From positions 31,183 through 95,182 of the forward strand of contig CANROE010000004.1 in NCBI GenBank assembly GCA_947632195.1: 64,000 bases of DNA, in the 5' to 3' direction. The translations under genes and the position numbers were made by a program. Position 1 is the stretch's first letter; every line of letters begins with the position of its first letter. Below are positions 14,985 through 21,821 of this stretch, piece after piece. The notes under the pieces were generated by a model. It did not search any database. It was not told the DNA's origin and saw only the letters and a list, made by a program, of their open reading frames with translations. The stretch is from an uncultured Clostridia bacterium. GTDB taxonomy: Bacteria > Bacillota > Clostridia > Christensenellales > Borkfalkiaceae.

Positions 14985-17489
14985 ATGGATACATCTCACT
15001 TTTCCGATCATTTGCGCGAGGCGCTCGATCTCGCAAACGAGTTGGAGCGTACTTGCCAGACGGGCTACATCGGCAGCGAACATCTTCTGCTCGGGCTCAT
15101 CGCCGTGGAGGACAGCGCCGCCGGACGGCTCCTCATGGAGGCGGGCGTAGATAAAAACCAATACGTCGCCATTTTCAAGCGCAGTATCGACAGAAACCTC
15201 CGCGTCCACGGCTACACCCCCCGCACGAAACGGCTTTTGGAACTTGCCGTGGAACTCAGCGTGGAGGGCGGGCAGTATAAGGTTCTGACGGGCACGGAAC
15301 ATCTGCTCCTCGCCATTCTCATGATGGAAGATTGCCTTGCCGTCAAAATTCTGAGAAGGATGGGGGTGGATATTGCCGACCTGAAAAACCGCGCGTTGGA
15401 GCTCGTCTCTCCCGCGCGGGACGAGGACGACCGTGTTTCGCCGTCCGAAACGCCCCGTCCGTTTTTTCTTTTCCCTGAGACGCAGGAAACGGGCCCGCAG
15501 GGGCAAAACCGCGCGCGCGGGAACGCGCAGGGGACGATTTCCGAAGAGCTCATGCGCTACGGGGACGATCTCACCAAGAAGGCGCGCGAAGGAAAGCTGG
15601 ACCCCGTCATCGGCCGTCTGAACGAGATCGAAAAGGTGATACAAATTCTCTCCCGCAGGACGAAGAACAACCCCGTGCTCGTGGGCGAACCGGGCGTGGG
15701 GAAGAGCGCCGTGGTAGAGGGTCTTGCGCGCGCGATCGTCGCGGGGGACGTCCCCGAACTTCTGCGCGGAAAGACGGTATTTTCTCTCAATATCACGAGC
15801 ATGCTTGCGGGCGCGAAATATCGCGGCGAATTTGAAGAGCGCATCAAAAAGGTCATCGACGAGATCGTCGCCGACCGCGACATCATTCTCTTTATCGACG
15901 AGATCCACACCATTGTCGGCGCAGGCGCCTCTGCGGAGAGCCCGCTCGACGCGTCCAACATCTTAAAGCCCATGCTTGCGCGCGGCGAATTGCAGACGAT
16001 CGGCGCGACCACGCTCGAAGAGTACCGGAAATTTATCGAAAAGGACCCCGCGCTCGAACGCCGTTTTACGCCCGTCACCGTCGATCAGCCGAGCGTGGAA
16101 GATACCATCACCATTCTGCACGGGTTAAAGGACAAGTACGAGGCACACCACGGGATCGTCATCACGGACGAGGCGATCGAGGCGGCGGCGCGCCTTTCGG
16201 ACCGCTACATTACCGACCGTTTTCTGCCCGACAAGGCGATCGACCTCATTGACGAGGCGGCCTCTCACAGGCGGCTCCTTGCCTACACGGGGCCGAGCGA
16301 GCTCAGGGAGCTCGAAGAAAAGCTCTCCCGTGCAACGGCGGAGCGGGACAAGGCGGCGGGTTGGAAGAACTATGCCCGCGCCGCCGAATTCTCCGAGCAG
16401 ATCGACGCGCTCACGGCTCAAATCGAGGAACGTAAGGAAAAATGGAACACGGAGCGCAATGCCGTGCAGCTGTCCATCGGCGCGGAAGAGATCGCCCAGA
16501 TCGTTTCGAGTTGGACGGGCGTTCCCGTCGTCAAGCTCACCGAGGCGGAGAGCGAACGGCTTTTGCACCTCGAAGACGAACTGCACGAGCGCATTGTGGG
16601 GCAGGAAGAGGCGGTCACCGCCGTTGCAAAGGCCATCCGCCGCGCGCGGGCAGGGCTGAAAGACCCCAACCGTCCCATCGGTTCCTTTATCTTTGTCGGG
16701 CCTACGGGCGTGGGCAAGACAGACCTTTGCAAGGCGCTTGCGGAGTGTCTGTTCGGCGACGAGCGGCTGATGATCCGCCTCGATATGTCCGAATATATGG
16801 AGAAACATTCCACCTCGAAACTCATCGGCGCGCCTCCCGGATATGTCGGCTATGAGGACAGCGCGGGCACGCTCACCGAACGTATCCGCAAAAAGCCCTA
16901 TTCCGTCGTCCTGTTCGACGAGATCGAAAAGGCGCACCCCGAGGTTTTCAACATTTTGCTCCAAATCCTCGACGACGGACGTCTCACGGACAGCAAGGGC
17001 AGGGTGGTTTCCTTCAAGAATACGGTGCTCATCATGACGAGCAATGTCGGCGCGCACCAGGTGAAAGAGGTGGGCGTGCTCGGGTTCCGCACCGCAGAGG
17101 AGGAGAGCGAGTACGAGGACATGAAGGAAAACATTCAGGAGGCCTTGAAACAGAAGTTCCGTCCCGAATTTTTGAACCGCTTAGACGAGACGATCATCTT
17201 TCACAAGCTCTCGAAAGAGGACGCCGCCCGTATCTGCGACAAGATGATCCAGAGCCTGCAAAAACAGCTGAAAGAGCGGGAGATCAACATCAAAGTGAGC
17301 AACCGCGCCCGCAACAAATTAGTGGACGAAGGTTACAGCGAGGAATACGGCGCGCGCCCGCTGAAACGCACCGTAAGGCGGCTGATAGAGGATAAACTCT
17401 CCGAAGAGATCTTGCAGGGCAGCCTGCCCGTCGGCGGCACCGTCATCATCGACGAGGAGAACGGCGAACTCACCTTTACGGAAGAATAA
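14985..17489 (+). CDS. clpC: ATP-dependent Clp protease ATP-binding subunit ClpC
   Basis: 834 aa. It has a Clp_N repeat, two AAA+ modules (GEPGVGKSA and GPTGVGKT Walker A motifs) and a UVR-like linker. Confidence 0.95.
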   Translation: MDTSHFSDHLREALDLANELERTCQTGYIGSEHLLLGLIAVEDSAAGRLLMEAGVDKNQYVAIFKRSIDRNLRVHGYTPRTKRLLELAVELSVEGGQYKVLTGTEHLLLAILMMEDCLAVKILRRMGVDIADLKNRALELVSPARDEDDRVSPSETPRPFFLFPETQETGPQGQNRARGNAQGTISEELMRYGDDLTKKAREGKLDPVIGRLNEIEKVIQILSRRTKNNPVLVGEPGVGKSAVVEGLARAIVAGDVPELLRGKTVFSLNITSMLAGAKYRGEFEERIKKVIDEIVADRDIILFIDEIHTIVGAGASAESPLDASNILKPMLARGELQTIGATTLEEYRKFIEKDPALERRFTPVTVDQPSVEDTITILHGLKDKYEAHHGIVITDEAIEAAARLSDRYITDRFLPDKAIDLIDEAASHRRLLAYTGPSELRELEEKLSRATAERDKAAGWKNYARAAEFSEQIDALTAQIEERKEKWNTERNAVQLSIGAEEIAQIVSSWTGVPVVKLTEAESERLLHLEDELHERIVGQEEAVTAVAKAIRRARAGLKDPNRPIGSFIFVGPTGVGKTDLCKALAECLFGDERLMIRLDMSEYMEKHSTSKLIGAPPGYVGYEDSAGTLTERIRKKPYSVVLFDEIEKAHPEVFNILLQILDDGRLTDSKGRVVSFKNTVLIMTSNVGAHQVKEVGVLGFRTAEEESEYEDMKENIQEALKQKFRPEFLNRLDETIIFHKLSKEDAARICDKMIQSLQKQLKEREINIKVSNRARNKLVDEGYSEEYGARPLKRTVRRLIEDKLSEEILQGSLPVGGTVIIDEENGELTFTEE

Positions 17490-17537
17490 AAAAGTTTATA
17501 GCGGAAGTTTGATATAAGCGGAAAAAGAGTTTGATAA

Positions 17538-17581
17538 CAGCGGCGCGCCCGAGCAATTTTGCTCGGGCGCGCCGCTGTTTT
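17538..17581 (+). terminator. rho-independent terminator after clpC
   Basis: Perfect 17-bp stem CAGCGGCGCGCCCGAGC-aatttt-GCTCGGGCGCGCCGCTG followed by TTTT. Confidence 0.85.
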
Positions 17582-17582
17582 A

Positions 17583-17840
17583 AGTCATTTCGCCCCGCCG
17601 TCCCAAATTTGTCATTTCGAGCGGAGCCGCAGATGAAGTCGCCCCGCCCGCACGTTCTATTTGTCTAAGGGCGACACGAGGAGCCTGCGACGAAGCAGAA
17701 ATCTCACATTTTTGTCATAAGGTAGAGATGTCTCGACTACACTCGACATGACATTTGAGAACGGTGTTTCGCGCATGACCTGCCCCCATTTATGGGGGCG
17801 GGTGGCGAGCAAAGCGAGACAGGTGGGGGGGTAGTCTGTG
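17583..17840. repeat. intergenic repeat modules (S-like, GTCGACATGACA-type, P)
   Basis: TTTGTCATTTCGAGCGGAG starts at ~17608. GGTAGAGATGTCTCGACTACACTCGACATGACATTTGAG is at ~17721-17758. Module P is at 17777-17829. Confidence 0.8.
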
Positions 17841-18035
17841 TCAAGCCGCGCTTGTGTCCGTTTCGGGGACTTCTGCCTCGCCGCCGTCCGTCTGTTTTTT
17901 GTTGAGCCGCGTTTCGATCGCCTTGAAAGCGAGCGGGTAGAGGAACACGAGCAGGAAGAGCTCGAAGAAGGTGAACAGGAAACTCACCCACGAGCTTGCG
18001 GTGACGTTTGCGATCGCGCCCGTCACGGAGGACAT
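17841..18035 (-). CDS. hypothetical small membrane protein
   Basis: 64 aa with one strongly hydrophobic helix (WVSFLFTFFELFLLVFLYPLAF). The start is uncertain because the only good SD serves an out-of-frame ATG at 18052. Confidence 0.35.
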   Translation of the reverse strand: MSSVTGAIANVTASSWVSFLFTFFELFLLVFLYPLAFKAIETRLNKKQTDGGEAEVPETDTSAA

Positions 18036-18112
18036 GAGAATTTGTTCGACATAAAGTCTCCTTTATATATCGCGTTTTTCTTTGGAAATTTGCGGACGGG
18101 CCGCAGGGTTTT

Positions 18113-18781
18113 TTAATCGTTCAAGTTCCAATCGACGGGTGTGATCCCGTGCGAGATGAGATATTCGTTTGTCTTGGAGTAATGTCTGCACCCGAAGAAC
18201 CCGTTGAATGCCGAGAGGGGAGAGGGGTGAGCGCATTCCAAAATAAGGTGCTTGCTCCTGTCAATGAGGGGAGCTTTCCGCCTCGCGTTTCCGCCCCAAA
18301 GGAGAAAGACGAGGTGCTCTTTTTGTTTGCTCAACAGCTCGATTACGCTGTCCGTGAACCAGCTCCACCCGCAATTTGCGTGCGAATTGGCCTGATGTTC
18401 CCGCACCGAGAGGGAGGTGTTAAGTAGGAGCACGCCCTCCTTCGCCCACTTGGTGAGATTGCCCGATCTCGGCGGGTCAAACCCCAAGTCGTCGTGGAGC
18501 TCTTTGAGCATGTTTTCGAGCGACGGCGGCTTTCTCACCCCGTCCTTCACCGAAAAACACAGCCCGTGCGCCTGCCCCGGCTCGTGGTAGGGGTCCTGCC
18601 CGAGGAGCACGACTTTCACGTTCGCATAGGGCGTATAGCGGAAACAGTTGTAGAGGTCGTACATGTCGGGGTAGACGATGTAGTGGGAGTATTCGTACTT
18701 CAAAAATTCCCGTATCTTCAAATAGCGGTCGTCCGCAAAGAGGGGTTTTAAAGGTTCATTCCAATCGCCTAAGTCTATCAT
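18113..18781 (-). CDS. ung: uracil-DNA glycosylase (family 1)
   Basis: GQDPYH, VLLLNTSLSV and HPSPLSA motifs. The start overlaps the luxS stop by 4 nt. Confidence 0.9.
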   Translation of the reverse strand: MIDLGDWNEPLKPLFADDRYLKIREFLKYEYSHYIVYPDMYDLYNCFRYTPYANVKVVLLGQDPYHEPGQAHGLCFSVKDGVRKPPSLENMLKELHDDLGFDPPRSGNLTKWAKEGVLLLNTSLSVREHQANSHANCGWSWFTDSVIELLSKQKEHLVFLLWGGNARRKAPLIDRSKHLILECAHPSPLSAFNGFFGCRHYSKTNEYLISHGITPVDWNLND

Positions 18782-19206
18782 ATGTTCTCCAAGATTTTAA
18801 GGTACTTTTTCAGTTCTTCCTTCGCCCCTTCAAGATCGTGCGCGAGGTAGTTCCCGCACTCCTCCCGCTTTGCGCCCGGCACTTCGTCGAGGGAAAGCGC
18901 CACGGGGATGCACTCTTTGAGGAGGGCAAGGACTTCTTCATAACTCAAATTCACGGTGAGAAGATAAAACCCCGTGCGGCAGCCCATGGGCCCGAAGTAG
19001 ACGATGTTCTCCTTTTCGCGGCTGTTGCGGAGCACCGTCGCCATCATGTGCTCGATGGAGTGGAGTGCGTCGGGAGTGAGGTAGTCTCCCGCATTCGGCT
19101 TTTTGAAACGGAGGTCGAAGGTTGTCACCCCGTTTGCGGGCGGGGACATATGCAGCCCTGTTTGCAGCACGTCGTGGTTTTTTTGAAAAGATGCGATTTT
19201 TTCCAT
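18778..19206 (-). CDS. luxS: S-ribosylhomocysteine lyase
   Basis: 142 aa with the HSIEHMMAT (HxxEH metal site) and GCRTGFY motifs of LuxS. Confidence 0.9.
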   Translation of the reverse strand: MEKIASFQKNHDVLQTGLHMSPPANGVTTFDLRFKKPNAGDYLTPDALHSIEHMMATVLRNSREKENIVYFGPMGCRTGFYLLTVNLSYEEVLALLKECIPVALSLDEVPGAKREECGNYLAHDLEGAKEELKKYLKILENI

Positions 19207-19597
19207 ATAGTTTGTCCTTGCGCTTTACATTTGTCAGGTTGTCCACGTTGATTCCGATTTGTCATTTCGAGCGGAACGAAGTGGAGTCGAGAAATCTCAA
19301 CATTATTAGGGCTCCCAAAAAAGATTTCGTAGAAAGATTTTTTGGGAAGAGGAGCCGCCGCGCGCAAACAGAGCTTTTTGTAAAAAAAGCGTATAAAGCG
19401 GGCGTGCGGCGACGAGGTGGAGATTTCTCCACGCGCCGCTTACGCGGCTTGGTCGAAATGACATTTTGGAAGGGGTGTTGCCCCTTGCTGTCCCTGAAAG
19501 GGAAAGTACCCGAGCAACGCGAGGGGGAAAGGGTTCACTAAAACCCCTCAGTCACTTCGTGACAGCTCCCCTACAAGGGGCGCCAAGTAATAACTGT
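19207..19597. repeat. intergenic repeat modules between mtnN and luxS
   Basis: Module S is at 19259-19298. A ~130-nt segment (19298-19430) is shared with 5758-5890. A reverse S-type copy is at 19420-19466. Module R is at 19483-19535 and module Q at 19544-19587. Confidence 0.85.
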
Positions 19598-20254
19598 TTA
19601 CTCCAACCCTTGCAAAATTTCTTTGAGGTGGGCTTTTAAGTTGAGCAGGGCGAGGGCGCAGTTTTTGCGGAATTGCTCGGTCGTCGAGCCCAAGCCGTAC
19701 ACGTCCGAGATCGCCTTCACGCTCGCAAAGGGCACGCCCGCGTACTTACAAACTTGTGCGATCGCGCCCGCCTCCATTTCGCGGATATCGCACCCGAGCG
19801 AGAGAAGAAGGGCATGGTCGTCCGGCGAATCGTTGAATCGATCTCCCGTGCCGAGTATGCGGCGGCGATAGGGGAGCGGGGGACAGAAGAGGGGCAGAAA
19901 GTTCTCCGTCTCGCCGTCGAGCGTGCCGATGGGAAGCCCGTTGAGCTGGGTGCAATCGAAATCGTATTGCACCGCTTTTTCGATGAGATAGACGTCGCCG
20001 ACCTCGGTCGTCTCGGGGGTTAAGCCTCCCGCCGCGCCGAAGTTCAAAAGGACGTCCGCGCCCGTTTGAATGGCGGCGCAGGCGCCCGCCGCGGCGTTGA
20101 CTTTCCCCACGCCGCAGGTGACGAGGACGACGTCATGCCCGAACGCCTTGCCGAAATGCACCGTCTTTCCGAATACCGTCTTACTGTTTTCGATCTCCAT
20201 TTGATCGAGCAAAATTTTCGCTTCGCTGTCCGTGGCAATGACGCAACCGATCAT
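19598..20254 (-). CDS. mtnN: 5'-methylthioadenosine/S-adenosylhomocysteine nucleosidase
   Basis: 218 aa. The PNP_UDP_1-type pattern includes IGCVIATDSEA, GVGKVNAA and REMEAGAIAQVC. Confidence 0.85.
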   Translation of the reverse strand: MIGCVIATDSEAKILLDQMEIENSKTVFGKTVHFGKAFGHDVVLVTCGVGKVNAAAGACAAIQTGADVLLNFGAAGGLTPETTEVGDVYLIEKAVQYDFDCTQLNGLPIGTLDGETENFLPLFCPPLPYRRRILGTGDRFNDSPDDHALLLSLGCDIREMEAGAIAQVCKYAGVPFASVKAISDVYGLGSTTEQFRKNCALALLNLKAHLKEILQGLE

Positions 20255-20308
20255 AATACACCTCTTTTTCTATTATAACTCATAATACACCTCTTTTTCT
20301 ATTATAAC
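20251..20308. repeat. perfect 29-bp tandem duplication spanning the mtnN SD and start codon
   Basis: TCATAATACACCTCTTTTTCTATTATAAC occurs at 20251-20279 and again at 20280-20308. Confidence 0.95.
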
Positions 20309-20384
20309 AAGTTTTTTGCGTTTTGGCAATCAAACGAATACTTCTTTTTGCGAATGGCAATAACCGCCGCAAAAGGAGGATCAA

Positions 20385-21635
20385 ATGAATCCGTTTGATT
20401 GTAAGCCGCAGAAGGCGGACAAGATTTTCACAGGCTGGAATAAAGTGCTCGTAAAACCGTACGACAAGAACACCGTGGACCCCTATACCCGTCTGAGGGT
20501 CATTTTGATGAACGGCACCGAGTTTGAGAGCGTGCGCTGCGGGCATGCCTTTCACCGCATGTGCGCAAACAACGATGTAAGGCGCCGCCTCGCCTACATG
20601 CGCAGGGGGGAACAAATTCAGCAAAAGCGCATTGCAAGTTTAAAGCCCGCGAACGAGACCATTTTAGAACACACCATCGGCTATGAACAGCTCGCCGTCG
20701 ACCTCACCGCCGCGCTCGCGATCACCGAAAAGAACAGCTACGTCAAAAAGCAGCTCGACTTCGCCCTCTTGGAGGACTTCGACCACCTCTACCGCTATGC
20801 CGACCTCATGGAACTCGAAAAGGGAGGCGATCCTGCGCGGCTCGTCGGCGATTACACCGAGATCATGCCGGGGCGTCCCACCGTTTCGGAATACCGCCAC
20901 CCCTACGACGACGTGGACTTTTATATCAACTGTTACCTCAACGACCTCAAAACCAAGCTCAACATTAACATCATCACGGCGGCCGAACAGCAGACGATGA
21001 ACTTCTATATGAACGTCGGCGACCTGTACGCGACCAATCTCGGCAGAAAGCTTTATAACGAGATCGCGATGATCGAGGAACAGCATGTAACGGGGTACGG
21101 CGCCCTCAAAGACCCCTGCATGACCCCGTTTGAAAATCTGCTCATGAACGAGTACACCGAGTGCTATCTCTACTACTCCTGCTACGAGGACGAGAAGGAC
21201 GAGCGGATCAAAGCCATCTGGGAGATGCACTTTGAAGAGGAAGTCGCCCACCTCCACGAGGCGGCCGATCTTCTCAAAACGTACGAGGGCAAAGTCTGGC
21301 AGCAGGTATTGCCCGAGGGCGGGGAGTTCCCCGAACTTCTGAAATTCCGCCCGCAGAAGGAGTATGTGCGCGAAATTTTGAAGAGCGTGCGCCTCACGGG
21401 AGTAGAGGAGGGCTGGGAAGAGCTCGACAAGGTGCCCGATTCCTTCCGTTTCTTCTCCTATAACGCCCGTATTCACGGCGGCAAACCCGAGACCCACGGC
21501 ACCCACTTGTGCGTCGAAAAGCTCATCGGCGAAAAAGGGCAGGATTGGCGGCTGCAAAATAAGGAGCACCCGATAAGAGCGCTCGCGGACAGAAAGAAAG
21601 ACAATCTCGACGTCGGAAGAGTCAAGGGAAAATAA
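20385..21635 (+). CDS. ferritin-like superfamily protein (putative di-metal carboxylate site), function unknown
   Basis: 416 aa with SD AAGGAGG. It carries three D/ExxH-type motifs in predicted helices (LEDFDHLY, MIEEQHV, EEEVAHLHE). No specific family recognised. Confidence 0.55.
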   Translation: MNPFDCKPQKADKIFTGWNKVLVKPYDKNTVDPYTRLRVILMNGTEFESVRCGHAFHRMCANNDVRRRLAYMRRGEQIQQKRIASLKPANETILEHTIGYEQLAVDLTAALAITEKNSYVKKQLDFALLEDFDHLYRYADLMELEKGGDPARLVGDYTEIMPGRPTVSEYRHPYDDVDFYINCYLNDLKTKLNINIITAAEQQTMNFYMNVGDLYATNLGRKLYNEIAMIEEQHVTGYGALKDPCMTPFENLLMNEYTECYLYYSCYEDEKDERIKAIWEMHFEEEVAHLHEAADLLKTYEGKVWQQVLPEGGEFPELLKFRPQKEYVREILKSVRLTGVEEGWEELDKVPDSFRFFSYNARIHGGKPETHGTHLCVEKLIGEKGQDWRLQNKEHPIRALADRKKDNLDVGRVKGK

Positions 21636-21660
21636 GCGCGGCTTTGAAGAATGGAGAAAG

Positions 21661-21707
21661 GCCGCCGCGCCGCGAAATATTTCGCGGCGCGGCGGCAAAT
21701 TTTTTTC
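21661..21707 (+). terminator. rho-independent terminator
   Basis: Perfect palindrome GCCGCCGCGCCGCGAAAT/ATTTCGCGGCGCGGCGGC followed by aaaTTTTTTT. Confidence 0.85.
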
Positions 21708-21742
21708 ATCTTTTTTCCTATGATGAAAGTTAGGTGAAAGAG

Positions 21743-21771
21743 TTGAATTTTTTTTGCATAGGTGCTATACT
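21743..21771 (+). promoter_or_regulatory. sigma-A type promoter of the LRR lipoprotein gene
   Basis: TTGAAT (21743-21748), 17-nt spacer, TGcTATACT (21763-21771). Confidence 0.55.
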
Positions 21772-21821
21772 GTAAGACAGAAACTATTCCAATCGATCAA
21801 TATCCCAAACGGAGGAAACAT

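Noticed and set aside
21600-21632. The C-terminal tail ...NLDVGRVKGK of the ferritin-like protein as an encapsulin cargo-loading peptide
   Set aside because: It loosely fits the L-x-[IV]-G-x-[LV]-K pattern, but there is no HK97-fold shell gene in the window and the match is short enough to be chance.
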